A stretch of 62,139 bases of DNA from a virus. Lineage: Duplodnaviria; Caudoviricetes. Under the pieces are notes generated by a model, which was given only the letters and a program-made list of their open reading frames with translations, had not been told where the DNA came from and searched no databases. Below are positions 43,976 to 53,888 of the stretch, piece after piece. The stretch lies in the IMG/VR virus record IMGVR_UViG_3300027976_000037, positions 1-62,139 of that record, one strand, 5' to 3'. Numbering within the stretch: the stretch's first letter is position 1; every line of letters begins with the position of its first letter. A program made the position numbers and the translations under genes.

Positions 43976-44464
43976 ATGATTAACCTAAGACAAGAATTCG
44001 AACTGGGTATTGAAGTTGAAACAGAACACACTCAAGATAGACGCTTAGCAGCAAAGATCGCCAGTGACCATCTATCAGAAGACCCACACTACTACAGCCA
44101 ATTGATGTCTGCCGGTTTGGTTAATGAGCCAGAGGCTCAAGCTATGGGCCAAGAATTCCGTGCCGAGATCGGCGATGGTGGACATGTTGAAAAAGTAAAG
44201 AAGAATAACTCGATTGAATTTGGGAAAACGGCACCAAAGATTCCGGCTCCATCGACGAGGTCTACCACGGGTGGATTGGTTAATCAGACCACGGGTGCCA
44301 AAATGGGCAATCAAGTTTCAATTGACTCGGGAACAACCCCACTATCGGTTGATAACAGGTCTACCGAATTGACTCCTCCTGTAGTTATTTTACAAGTTAA
44401 AAGTAATTCTTTAGCTGACCCGACATCACATTTTATAGGTCAACTTTCGGCTGGGCCGATGTAA
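43976..44464 (+). CDS. DUF5661-like domain protein
   Basis: GIEVETEHT.D...A.KIA.DHL.EDP.YY..L. Confidence 0.75.
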   Translation: MINLRQEFELGIEVETEHTQDRRLAAKIASDHLSEDPHYYSQLMSAGLVNEPEAQAMGQEFRAEIGDGGHVEKVKKNNSIEFGKTAPKIPAPSTRSTTGGLVNQTTGAKMGNQVSIDSGTTPLSVDNRSTELTPPVVILQVKSNSLADPTSHFIGQLSAGPM

Positions 44465-44492
44465 TAAATCATCCTAGCCGATATTTATTCGC

Positions 44493-45584
44493 ATGAAACG
44501 TAAAGGTTATATTTTATTTTACATTGGTCTGATTGTATCAATGATCATGATGTCGGGATGTTGGGTAACAATCCCATATGAGAGAAAGTCCGAAGTTGAA
44601 AAGCAGTTAACGGAACTACGAATTGAACACCAAGCTGAATTAACGCAGACTATAAAAAATATATCGGCACAAAAACACGTCGTTATAACAAATAGAGAAA
44701 AACAGCTTCAATCGGTTGTCAATAGTCTATATGGGGCTGATATGGCTTTCTCATACTATCTGACCCCTGACAGAATTGATTTAATTATTAACAATCGGGT
44801 TAATGAGGCTATGGCAGCGGCGGGGTTCACTCCAACCTATGACGCAGTAGTTCTTGAGAAAAAACGATTGAAAGATGAGTTGGATGAAACCAAAACCTCA
44901 ATGGAACAGTTGCAGAAAAATCACGATAAAGTTGTAGAAGAAAATAAATTGATAGCACAAGAGTCGGAGGCAGAGAAAGCAAAGATTGCTGAGCTTGAGA
45001 GCATCGCAAGTAAAAAAGAGACAGAATGGCAGTCTAAGTTAGACGACAAACAAGATGAATTGAATAATGTGAACAACGACATTATTGTTGCAGAAAAAAA
45101 GAGGGGTGACAACCAAGCCTCAATCGAACGATTGAAAATGAAATTGATGTGGGCATGTGGTATTGCGGCAGTCTTATGTATTGCGGGTTCGATATATTCT
45201 CCGATTGAAAAATCTACACTAACTATGTTGGCCGCGATATTCGGCGGAGTCACCGTTGCAATACCTTTCATTGAGGGGTGGATGGTATTAGTGGCAGGAT
45301 TGGTCGGAGTGGCGATTGCTGTGGTTAAATTTTTATATACTCAAAATATTGCAACCAAGACAAGTAAAAATCTCATTGGAGCTATTCAAGAAGAAAAAGT
45401 AAAAAACCCAGAAAATTTTAAATCTTCTCTCAAGCCGATACTGCAGAGTTGGAACACCAATTATGTTAAAGACGCGAGTGGTATGATTGTAACTAAAACT
45501 GATAAGGAAGTTGAAAATTTCATATCGGGGGTCTTAATGGACACCGGCCAGCTTGACGCGAAAAGTATTGATAATAAGTCATAA
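44493..45584 (+). CDS. lipoprotein with long coiled coil and C-terminal TM helices
   Basis: IMMSGC lipobox, long coiled-coil region, two to three hydrophobic helices. Confidence 0.7.
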   Translation: MKRKGYILFYIGLIVSMIMMSGCWVTIPYERKSEVEKQLTELRIEHQAELTQTIKNISAQKHVVITNREKQLQSVVNSLYGADMAFSYYLTPDRIDLIINNRVNEAMAAAGFTPTYDAVVLEKKRLKDELDETKTSMEQLQKNHDKVVEENKLIAQESEAEKAKIAELESIASKKETEWQSKLDDKQDELNNVNNDIIVAEKKRGDNQASIERLKMKLMWACGIAAVLCIAGSIYSPIEKSTLTMLAAIFGGVTVAIPFIEGWMVLVAGLVGVAIAVVKFLYTQNIATKTSKNLIGAIQEEKVKNPENFKSSLKPILQSWNTNYVKDASGMIVTKTDKEVENFISGVLMDTGQLDAKSIDNKS

Positions 45585-45637
45585 CTGACGGTTTATTATA
45601 GATTGACAGAATGCGTGGTGTTTGAGATGATGGTGTC

Positions 45638-46174
45638 ATGGGCATTTTACATAAAACCAGGACATATCTTATCGGAGCAATGCAGTATTCCAACGGCCGT
45701 TCATGGAGAGAAGACATTGCACCAGAATTAAAGAGTATGGGTATCACGGTATTCAATCCGTATGATAAACCTTTCGTCGATGACACACCGGAAGACGAGG
45801 ATACAAGGAAAATGCTTCACGACAAACTTGAAGAGGGTGATTTTGACTTCGTAGCAGACAGAATGAAGCCAATTCGAAATTATGACCTTAGACTATGTGA
45901 TCTGTCCGACTTTTTAGTAGCCCACATCAAACCCTCAGTTGCTTCATGGGGGAGTGCTGAAGAATTAGTCACGTGCTGCCGAGCAAAAAAGCCCGTTTTT
46001 ATATCAATCGAAGGCGGAAAGAAGATGTGTCCATTGTGGTTACTTGCAATGTTTCCTCATAAATACATTTATAACAACGTTGATGAAATCCTCGATATGC
46101 TTAAAAGAATTGATTCCGGCGAAAAGCCAATTGATGGCGATAAGTGGAAGCTCTTAAAAGAAGAATATCGGTGA
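45638..46174 (+). CDS. nucleoside 2-deoxyribosyltransferase-like protein
   Basis: YLIG, WRE, VFNPY, D..L.D.SDF and SWGSAEE motifs. Confidence 0.75.
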   Translation: MGILHKTRTYLIGAMQYSNGRSWREDIAPELKSMGITVFNPYDKPFVDDTPEDEDTRKMLHDKLEEGDFDFVADRMKPIRNYDLRLCDLSDFLVAHIKPSVASWGSAEELVTCCRAKKPVFISIEGGKKMCPLWLLAMFPHKYIYNNVDEILDMLKRIDSGEKPIDGDKWKLLKEEYR

Positions 46175-46205
46175 GGAAAACCACTTCGTATATATACTTA
46201 TACAT

Positions 46206-46373
46206 ATGGCGTACACAGGACAAATTTATTACAACAATCTACCGATAACAATAGCTGAAGCTATTTCGCGCAATCTTGTTTATTTGGATGAGGACTTGGA
46301 TATGTGGCTGCTACAAGATTCTAAAAAAACAATAAAAATTAATGGTGATTTACACCTAACAGGAGAAGAATAA
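46206..46373 (+). CDS. small hypothetical protein
   Basis: 55-aa ORF after an ATACTTATA motif. Confidence 0.5.
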   Translation: MAYTGQIYYNNLPITIAEAISRNLVYLDEDLDMWLLQDSKKTIKINGDLHLTGEE

Positions 46374-46376
46374 ATT

Positions 46377-46694
46377 ATGTCAAATTACTACGTTGTAGAT
46401 GATACAAAACAAAAAGGTGGTCAGTCACCCGTTATCATGTTTAAAACTGTCGAGGGAATTGTCAAATACCTTGAAGACATGTGTCAAAGAAAATTTGGAA
46501 AGACCCGCCAACAGTACATGTATAACTGTTCCGAACTCGGTTTCGGCGATGATGACGCTAGAGGTCAAGCCTTCTGCGAGCAGCTTGAACAGTATTTTAA
46601 CATGGGTGTTATTCGTTCCGATTCGACGCCGATTCGGTGTAATGTGTTCCAAGCGGATAATTTTCGTAAGGGCAAAGCTGAACACGGTAATTAA
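46377..46694 (+). CDS. hypothetical protein
   Basis: 105-aa ORF. Confidence 0.7.
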   Translation: MSNYYVVDDTKQKGGQSPVIMFKTVEGIVKYLEDMCQRKFGKTRQQYMYNCSELGFGDDDARGQAFCEQLEQYFNMGVIRSDSTPIRCNVFQADNFRKGKAEHGN

Positions 46695-46696
46695 CA

Positions 46697-48361
46697 ATGA
46701 GTTTGGTGGGAATGGACATAGCAATTCGATGGTCCGAACCCAAAAGGGTAGAAACTAAATTCGGCGGCAGATGGGTGAGAAGTTGGATGATTCCAGCTGA
46801 ATTTTTAGAAGGGTTTTTCTTATTTTGGGCAAAGCAAAAATTGGTTCTTAGAGCCAAAGGTTACTCCATTAGTAAAAACAATCACGGCCGGTGGATTTTG
46901 AATGAGTGGCAGCTACGGAAGGGTGAGTTTAGAGAAACCTTCGGTAAGGATAACCCCAAAGAAATAATTTCAGTTAAAGACATACCAAGTGAGTCTGTTC
47001 TACCGGAGTATAAAATGAAGGATGTATCTGGACTACGTGAGTGGCAACCAAAGTTGGCCGCCCAACTCTGTTCAGCTATTAAGGTTAACGATGCAGCCAT
47101 TGATGGCTCAGATACAGGAGCGGGCAAGACCTATGTGGCCACAGCTGTTGCCCGGGAATTAAAAATGGGAATTGGCGTCGTGTGTCCAAAGAGTGTCATT
47201 AGTAGCTGGAAACGGGTCATCGCAAACCACTTTGGGATGAAGCCTGAGTTTGTTCTAAACTACGAATCGGTCAAGACGGGAAAATATAAAGACATTGGAA
47301 CATGGAAGCCCATTAGTCGAACCAGCACCCGAGAATTTTTTAAATGGAATGCACCAAAGAACACTCTAATAATCTTCGATGAAAGCCATCGACTAAAGGG
47401 ACATGGTACACAGAACGCTGAGATAGCTATTGCTGCAAAGAAACAAAAGTATAAAATACTTTGTTGCTCAGCTACGAATGCAATTAATCCGATAGAGTTA
47501 AAAGCCACAGGCCTTATATTGGGACTGTACAAAAAAGGTTGGCCTCAATTTTTACGTGAACATGATTGTAAAAAAGGACGATTTGGTTGGGAGTTCGGCG
47601 GAGACAAGAAAATCTTAAAGAAACTACACGCTGATTTATTTTTTACTCGGGGTGTTCGTGTCCGAAAAGAAGATATCAAGGGATTTCCTGATTGTGAAAT
47701 TATCGCTGAGTCCTATAACATCGATGATATCTCTGAAAAAGAAATGAAAGCAGTTTACGCCGAAATGAATCGGGAGCTATCGGTTCTCAAAATAAAAAGT
47801 AAGTCTACCGCTGAGTGGAAAATAAATGCGATGGTAGTTCAATTGAGAGCACGGCAGAAAGCCGAACTATTAAAAGTGCCTCTGTTCGTTGAGATGGTAG
47901 AAGACTCACTACAAGATGGAATGTCAGTTGCTGTGTTTCTTAATTTTAGTGAAACCATCCGAGCATTGTCCAAGCGACTCAATACCAAGTGTATTGTGTG
48001 GGGGGAAAATAAAGGAAACGAACGTGATAAAAATATTGATGGATTTCAAGCAGATACGGAAAGAGTTATTTTAATCAATGTGAAGGCTGGGGGCGCTGGT
48101 CTTTCGTTACACGACTTAAATGGAAAATATCCGCGTATGTCTTTAATATCACCCACACCCTCAGCAGTTGATTTACGACAAGCTTTAGGTCGTATTCATC
48201 GAGACGGTGCTAAGTCAAAGTCTGTTCAAAAAATTCTATTTGTGGCTAACACGGAAGAAGAAGATACTTGTGAAAGAGTAAAATTAAAACTTGAAAATTT
48301 AGACACCATCAACGATGGAGAACTGTTGGTCGGAAGCGTATTTGAGCAATTAAAGTCTTGA
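46697..48361 (+). CDS. SF2 (SNF2-like) helicase
   Basis: DTGAGKT, FDESH, SAT, GGAGLSL and QALGRIHR motifs. Confidence 0.9.
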   Translation: MSLVGMDIAIRWSEPKRVETKFGGRWVRSWMIPAEFLEGFFLFWAKQKLVLRAKGYSISKNNHGRWILNEWQLRKGEFRETFGKDNPKEIISVKDIPSESVLPEYKMKDVSGLREWQPKLAAQLCSAIKVNDAAIDGSDTGAGKTYVATAVARELKMGIGVVCPKSVISSWKRVIANHFGMKPEFVLNYESVKTGKYKDIGTWKPISRTSTREFFKWNAPKNTLIIFDESHRLKGHGTQNAEIAIAAKKQKYKILCCSATNAINPIELKATGLILGLYKKGWPQFLREHDCKKGRFGWEFGGDKKILKKLHADLFFTRGVRVRKEDIKGFPDCEIIAESYNIDDISEKEMKAVYAEMNRELSVLKIKSKSTAEWKINAMVVQLRARQKAELLKVPLFVEMVEDSLQDGMSVAVFLNFSETIRALSKRLNTKCIVWGENKGNERDKNIDGFQADTERVILINVKAGGAGLSLHDLNGKYPRMSLISPTPSAVDLRQALGRIHRDGAKSKSVQKILFVANTEEEDTCERVKLKLENLDTINDGELLVGSVFEQLKS

Positions 48362-48395
48362 CGAACAACAAATTCAGATGTACTATACTTATTAA

Positions 48396-48731
48396 ATGGA
48401 GATGACTCAAAAATCAATAGAATATCATGTGGAGGGACCAGACTGGATGCATTCGGTTAAAATTGATCCTGAAATATTCGAATTCGACAAGGACCAATAT
48501 ATTGAGGCTGCGTCACGAGCCATCGAATTACAAATGAAAGTAGAGACGATAAATTTAGGTCCGATTGTGATAGTGAGAAAAGGCAAATCAAAAAAAGAAG
48601 CCATGGTCAACTCATTTATTTGTCTGAATAATATAAGTCAATTTAAAGTCGCTCAAATGCTTAGAAAAAATTTCATGAAACAGTCAAATGGCCAGGACCT
48701 TGCTATGGACAACGATGGATTTACCTCATGA
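48396..48731 (+). CDS. hypothetical protein
   Basis: ORF after an ATACTTATT motif. Confidence 0.7.
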   Translation: MEMTQKSIEYHVEGPDWMHSVKIDPEIFEFDKDQYIEAASRAIELQMKVETINLGPIVIVRKGKSKKEAMVNSFICLNNISQFKVAQMLRKNFMKQSNGQDLAMDNDGFTS

Positions 48732-48988
48732 GTAAAGCAATGACATCGAGGCAGGCGAGAAATTTATCGGACGACATTCGGAAAGAATTGACAGACGATA
48801 GTTATTTTACCGACAATATTTATCTGAGTATAAAAAACGTTGGAACCAAGTCGTTCAAAAATTGTAAATGTGATAGGCTAGATGGATGGTTGTTCATATG
48901 GACAAAAGATGATACATTTCTAGTTAGGGAGTCCGAAGCCGGCGACTTTCTGATAATCGACACAAACCCTTCCCCCCCTTTAATATAA
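48728..48988 (+). CDS. hypothetical protein
   Basis: Translationally coupled ORF. Confidence 0.65.
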   Translation: MSKAMTSRQARNLSDDIRKELTDDSYFTDNIYLSIKNVGTKSFKNCKCDRLDGWLFIWTKDDTFLVRESEAGDFLIIDTNPSPPLI

Positions 48989-49494
48989 TGCACCGCAATG
49001 GCAGACCTAGTCGCCCACTTTTAGAAAGTGAAATATTGGCGGCACAGAGTATATCTAAATCAGAATCGGAAGCCGCTCGTAAACTAGGTGTGTCGGAGGT
49101 TACTTATATAAAGTATGCCAAGATGTATGGTGTCTATGGTCGAGTAATGAACCGTGCTGGCAAAGGCGTTAGCAAGCCCATCAGAAACGAAGATGGTGGC
49201 AAGTATCCGCTAAGCAGAATCTTCGCAAATGAGTTTCCTGACTATCCACCACATCGGCTTCGCGTTAGGTGTGTCCGTTCCGGAAAATTGGAAGAAAAGT
49301 GTAGTATGTGTGGATTCCACGAAAAGAGATTGACAGACAATAGAGTGCCTGTCATATTAAATTTTTCCGATGGTAATGGTAAGAACATGGCACTTGAAAA
49401 CCTCGAACTACTTTGTTACAATTGTTACTTTTTATACGTGAATAATCCATATGGACAAAGAAAAGTATTTAAAATTGATCCTGATAAACTATGA
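48988..49494 (+). CDS. HTH plus degenerate HNH protein
   Basis: EAARKLGVS HTH; CSMCG...DGNGKN...ENL.LLCYNC. Confidence 0.75.
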   Translation: MHRNGRPSRPLLESEILAAQSISKSESEAARKLGVSEVTYIKYAKMYGVYGRVMNRAGKGVSKPIRNEDGGKYPLSRIFANEFPDYPPHRLRVRCVRSGKLEEKCSMCGFHEKRLTDNRVPVILNFSDGNGKNMALENLELLCYNCYFLYVNNPYGQRKVFKIDPDKL

Positions 49495-49775
49495 AAGACC
49501 CGAACATGGTGGTTATAGAGCCGACACCAGAAGAAAAGAAAAAACTTCTGGAGGGATGGGTATTGATTGTCCAACAGGAATGCGACGATATTGAGTCAGA
49601 GCGAAGTAATAAATTTGAGATTTATAAGGCGCTGAAATCAAAGTATGATGGTTGGCTATCAAAAAAATTGAGATGGATAAATAAACTTGAAAAAAGACTC
49701 AACGCTCGAAAAAAGCAGCTTGAAGAAATTAAAGAGGAATTGAAAATTTTAAGTTCGTCAACAGACAATCCGTAA
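49491..49775 (+). CDS. hypothetical coiled-coil protein
   Basis: Translationally coupled ORF. Confidence 0.65.
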   Translation: MKDPNMVVIEPTPEEKKKLLEGWVLIVQQECDDIESERSNKFEIYKALKSKYDGWLSKKLRWINKLEKRLNARKKQLEEIKEELKILSSSTDNP

Positions 49776-49786
49776 TATATATACGT

Positions 49787-50104
49787 ATGAGAATAGACCC
49801 ACTGACACGATTTGTTGTATTAGACGATAGTAATCCAGAAAACATCATCGCCGCTGTGCAAGGGACGTATTTGTACAGAAATGGTGATATATTTTTTGCC
49901 ACCAATGGGGTTGAGAGTGAGTTGAAGAGATTTGAAGTGTCGAAGAGGGCACTAGCATACAGGTATTCAAATGAACCGTGGTGGACGAACATTGAAGAAT
50001 TTAGAATTACCTACGCTCACGAAAAAGAAATTTGGTACAAAGATTCAGGCGACGGAAGCACGGGGTGGAAATTTATTTCTTTTGACCAATCATATACTAC
50101 ATGA
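49787..50104 (+). CDS. hypothetical protein
   Basis: NPE....A..G.YL.R and WYKDSG..STGW pattern, reminiscent of tail-fibre modules. Confidence 0.65.
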   Translation: MRIDPLTRFVVLDDSNPENIIAAVQGTYLYRNGDIFFATNGVESELKRFEVSKRALAYRYSNEPWWTNIEEFRITYAHEKEIWYKDSGDGSTGWKFISFDQSYTT

Positions 50105-50361
50105 AAAATAATATACTATACATTGAATGCAGCTGTCATTCCCATCTACTAACAATTGAACGAGAGATTGAGGGCGTGGTGCCGATGTGGTATGTTTCAT
50201 ATTGGTCCCGCGGCCGAAGAGGCGAAGAGTCAGGTTGGGTGAACAAACTCAGACATATTTATAAAATTTTGAAAGACGGTTCTCCATACAATGACGACAT
50301 TATTCTCCAGAAGGAAGAGATGGAAAAACTTAGAGATTATTTAAATGAACAGTTAAAATGA
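50101..50361 (+). CDS. hypothetical protein
   Basis: Coupled ORF with C.C..H motif. Confidence 0.65.
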   Translation: MKNNILYIECSCHSHLLTIEREIEGVVPMWYVSYWSRGRRGEESGWVNKLRHIYKILKDGSPYNDDIILQKEEMEKLRDYLNEQLK

Positions 50362-50561
50362 TGAAAACGCTATACGATTACTTAAAAAAGTATTTAGACA
50401 AAACAGAGCCATACCCCGTGATAGACCACAAAATTCGTGCCAGCAAACGGTCAGATGGAACAATTGAATTTTATATTCACGCAGACGGTGTGGATAGTAA
50501 CACTTTAGACTTTATTGTTCAACCAGATGGGCGATTGGTGTTAAAGAAAAATTATTCTTGA
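50358..50561 (+). CDS. hypothetical protein
   Basis: Coupled ORF. Confidence 0.6.
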   Translation: MMKTLYDYLKKYLDKTEPYPVIDHKIRASKRSDGTIEFYIHADGVDSNTLDFIVQPDGRLVLKKNYS

Positions 50562-50592
50562 CAAATTATAGTGAACATGTGAGACTGTTGTT

Positions 50593-51462
50593 GTGAATAT
50601 AAATACACACATCCCATTTGGCGCAACCCTATTTAGTAGAGGACTTTACAGTTCTTGGTGTCATGTCCCTCACTACAACTTACTTTTTGATTGTGGAGAA
50701 GGATGCGCCACGGCTATCGGGAATGACATTTCTAACATCACCAAAATTTTTATTGGCCACGGCCATGGCGACCACACCCTCGGACTATTCAGTCTAATCG
50801 GTTGTCGTAACACAAGTCGGGGAACTTCCAAGAACCCAGAGACTCGCGACCACAACAAGCCGCTTGAAATTTTTTATCCATATGGTAGTGAGGGGATTGC
50901 TGATATCATTGACTTTGTAACTAAGCGTAATGCTGGTTGGCTGCGGTACGATCTTAAGTGGACTCCGCTAAGAATTGGCGACACTGTTAAAATTGGACAC
51001 AATACGTTTATTCGTGCATTTGAGATGCTGCATCAGCGGAATGGTCTGTCTCTTGGGTATGTTATCTATGAGAAGCGCAATAGACTCAAACCGGAGTTTC
51101 GTGGTAGAGATATCCCAGCGCTGCTAAAGTCTGGCTCAGTCAACCGAGACCACCTTAACGAATTCTATGACGTAAATCTATTTGCGTACTGCCTCGATGC
51201 GTATGAGATTCCGACTGGCCATGAAATCCACGGATGCCCACACGTTGTTATGGACTGCACCTTTATAAATCCAAAAGATAGAACAAACATGACTCACTTT
51301 ACACTTATTGAGGCTCTTCTGTTCTGCCACAACAACAGTATCACAAATATGTATGCTGCACACGTTTCTCCGCGTTATGATGGCCGGGTAATTGAGACTT
51401 CGTTTAATAGCGAAGTGACCAAGGTTCACTATCTGAGTAACACTAATACAAACCAAATTTAA
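50593..51462 (+). CDS. rnz: ribonuclease Z, Thermotoga (TM)-type
   Basis: FSRGLYSSW, FDCGEG, HGHGDH, E.R.RLKPEF.G short exosite, DCTF, TH and HVSPRY motifs. Confidence 0.85.
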   Translation: MNINTHIPFGATLFSRGLYSSWCHVPHYNLLFDCGEGCATAIGNDISNITKIFIGHGHGDHTLGLFSLIGCRNTSRGTSKNPETRDHNKPLEIFYPYGSEGIADIIDFVTKRNAGWLRYDLKWTPLRIGDTVKIGHNTFIRAFEMLHQRNGLSLGYVIYEKRNRLKPEFRGRDIPALLKSGSVNRDHLNEFYDVNLFAYCLDAYEIPTGHEIHGCPHVVMDCTFINPKDRTNMTHFTLIEALLFCHNNSITNMYAAHVSPRYDGRVIETSFNSEVTKVHYLSNTNTNQI

Positions 51463-51464
51463 TT

Positions 51465-52280
51465 ATGAATGACACAGAAAAGAAAATTGCAGAAACTATA
51501 TGTGAGGTAAAGATGTCTGCCGAAATGGAAAAAAAATTGGCAATCGTTGTGCAGTCCATAAAAACACCAAAGAATTCCTCAGACCGTCCATCACTGGCGA
51601 CCCGATTCTCTGAATGGTTGGAGTGGATTGATCCATTCGATAGATATTGTTTCATTAAGTCGTACGACGAATACGTAAATCTTTCATATTCTGAAAAAAC
51701 AGTTTGGTTTTTTCTGTATAAAGAACATTCCATTTCTGGTCGATTTTGGACTCTAACTGGGATTACAAACTCAGACGACGAGCTCATTGAAAATTATAAA
51801 AAATATAGGTGGCCTATCCAGTATTTTTTACGGAAGAATTTCGATATTAGATTTTGGAGACATACACTAAAAAACATTTGGTATACGAAAGTTAGTTGCG
51901 TCTTTAATCCTCGCCAAAAATGGTTAACTAAAAAAATACCTAACACGTGGGCTGATAAAGTCTCACTCATCCAAGAACTCAATTTCGAAATGGTGTTGAA
52001 CTTCGTCGATTACGAAAAATGTTTTGAGTGCATCAACTATGACTCCGACAAATACCACAAGAAATTTTCCAAGGAACTGAAAGAATGTTATAATTATATT
52101 TCTGTTGAACGGCCGATTTTAGTCGAGCAATATGAATCTTCTTTTCCCGATTTGGATCAATGTTCCGGTGATTACAAGAAAGACTATGGAGAAACAAATC
52201 GTTTAGAAAAACTTCTTAATGACACAGACACAAAGTATCTGACGTGGATTGTAAAAAACCGCGGCTTCTTTTGGGTGTAA
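51465..52280 (+). CDS. hypothetical phage protein
   Basis: 271-aa ORF. Confidence 0.75.
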   Translation: MNDTEKKIAETICEVKMSAEMEKKLAIVVQSIKTPKNSSDRPSLATRFSEWLEWIDPFDRYCFIKSYDEYVNLSYSEKTVWFFLYKEHSISGRFWTLTGITNSDDELIENYKKYRWPIQYFLRKNFDIRFWRHTLKNIWYTKVSCVFNPRQKWLTKKIPNTWADKVSLIQELNFEMVLNFVDYEKCFECINYDSDKYHKKFSKELKECYNYISVERPILVEQYESSFPDLDQCSGDYKKDYGETNRLEKLLNDTDTKYLTWIVKNRGFFWV

Positions 52281-52282
52281 CC

Positions 52283-52660
52283 ATGCACCACGACATTTGC
52301 ATAAAAACCATTAGGGCTTCCGACTACGCCAATCTGATTCTGCTAAACCGAACATACAGTATGCTCGAGCGGCGCCGGTGGTTCAAAGTGCGTAAGGAGT
52401 TTTTAGCGGAGCAGTTGATAAAAACTGGAAACTTGACGTGCTTCTATTGCAATAGGAATGATCTTACTATAGAGGGACCGAAGTCCGCCGCGACGGTCGA
52501 TCACATTATTCCAAAATCATCTGGTGGAAAAGAGTTTGACAAAGAAAATTTCGCAGTCTGTTGCTTTAGCTGTAACAGTAAGAAGGGTTCGGCGACCAAA
52601 GAAAGTTTTGAGGCGGGAAGGTATCTGACTATCAAAAAGAAACATATAAACAATCCTTGA
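52283..52660 (+). CDS. HNH endonuclease
   Basis: CFYC, TVDHIIPKSSGG and N...C..CN..KG motifs. Confidence 0.85.
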   Translation: MHHDICIKTIRASDYANLILLNRTYSMLERRRWFKVRKEFLAEQLIKTGNLTCFYCNRNDLTIEGPKSAATVDHIIPKSSGGKEFDKENFAVCCFSCNSKKGSATKESFEAGRYLTIKKKHINNP

Positions 52661-52690
52661 CTTTAAGTGTTGGTGTAGTATAATAAGACC

Positions 52691-53647
52691 ATGCGTATAT
52701 TAGTATTAAGCGATATTCATCATCGGTGGGTTCGAGCACAATCTCTGATTGACACAGTTCCTCACGATAAAGTTGTTCTGTTGGGCGATTATTTCGACCA
52801 ATTCAATGATAACATACATGATGCGCATAACACTGCCACGTGGTTAAAGGATATGGTTATACCCAATCCAAACATTGTTCAGTTGATTGGAAATCATGAC
52901 CAATATTATTTCTGGCATTGGTATCCACATTTTCGCGGCAGTGGATATTCTGATGCCAAACGTGATGCCATCAGATCGGTCCTACAACAAGACCACGTTA
53001 AACAGTTTAAATTTTTCCACATCGAAGAAAACATCGTGTTTAGTCACGCTGGAATCAGTGGTGCTCTTTGGAAAGAAATTGCTAAATACAACATCATTGA
53101 CAAAACGACGAACCTTGAGAACTTTTCAACGGTTATGACGGAAATGGTTGCCAAGAATTTAGAATGTGTTGATTTGCTTAGGCCTGCCCCCCTATTTATG
53201 GCCGGGTGGGATCGAGGTGGCACTCAACGGCACGGCGGACTTACGTGGAGTTGCTGGTCAAGCTTTGGTCCCGTCAAGGGAATTAATCAGGTGGTCGGGC
53301 ATACCCCACATTATATCCCAGAATTTCTTGTTCAGAGTGATTCTGGCTCAATTAAGAAATATTCTGCCGAAAAATTTAATTCTGAGCGGTTTTTTGGAAA
53401 TAAAAAAGTCACGAGCATAAACCTAGCTCTCGACACTCATTCAGAACACTATGCCATTGTTGAGGATGGTAGGATTGAAATCTACGATGCAAATACTAGG
53501 CTCACTATTAAAGAAATGATTGAGAAGGGTATTCCATTCTCAGAGAAACAACAGGCTGTGATTAATCCTCACCTTGCCGAAAAGTTTAGGCAGGATGCCA
53601 TCGAAGAAGCGAAAAAGAAATCGAATTACTACCGATTGAAGGGATAG
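52691..53647 (+). CDS. calcineurin-like metallophosphoesterase
   Basis: SDIH, GDYFD, GNHD, SHAG and VGHT motifs; TTGACT-N16-TATAAT ends 6 nt before ATG. Confidence 0.9.
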   Translation: MRILVLSDIHHRWVRAQSLIDTVPHDKVVLLGDYFDQFNDNIHDAHNTATWLKDMVIPNPNIVQLIGNHDQYYFWHWYPHFRGSGYSDAKRDAIRSVLQQDHVKQFKFFHIEENIVFSHAGISGALWKEIAKYNIIDKTTNLENFSTVMTEMVAKNLECVDLLRPAPLFMAGWDRGGTQRHGGLTWSCWSSFGPVKGINQVVGHTPHYIPEFLVQSDSGSIKKYSAEKFNSERFFGNKKVTSINLALDTHSEHYAIVEDGRIEIYDANTRLTIKEMIEKGIPFSEKQQAVINPHLAEKFRQDAIEEAKKKSNYYRLKG

Positions 53648-53693
53648 GCTGGCCCACGGGGCTTTCACGTCTGAGACTTGATATTTATAGGGT

Positions 53694-53870
53694 ATGTTTG
53701 AAAAGACATATCTTATAACTGTGTACGAAGCCGATACTCCAAACGTCGTGCTCACATTTACGATTGGTGGTATCAGTATGAGGCGAATCAACGGCTACAC
53801 CCTCTCAATTGATGGAAAGTTAATGACGTTCGACCCAGCTACCTATGTTGACTTTTCTCAACAAAACTAA
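53694..53870 (+). CDS. small hypothetical protein
   Basis: 58-aa ORF after ATATTTATA at 53681. Confidence 0.55.
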   Translation: MFEKTYLITVYEADTPNVVLTFTIGGISMRRINGYTLSIDGKLMTFDPATYVDFSQQN

Positions 53871-53888
53871 GGCATCCTCTTTACTACC

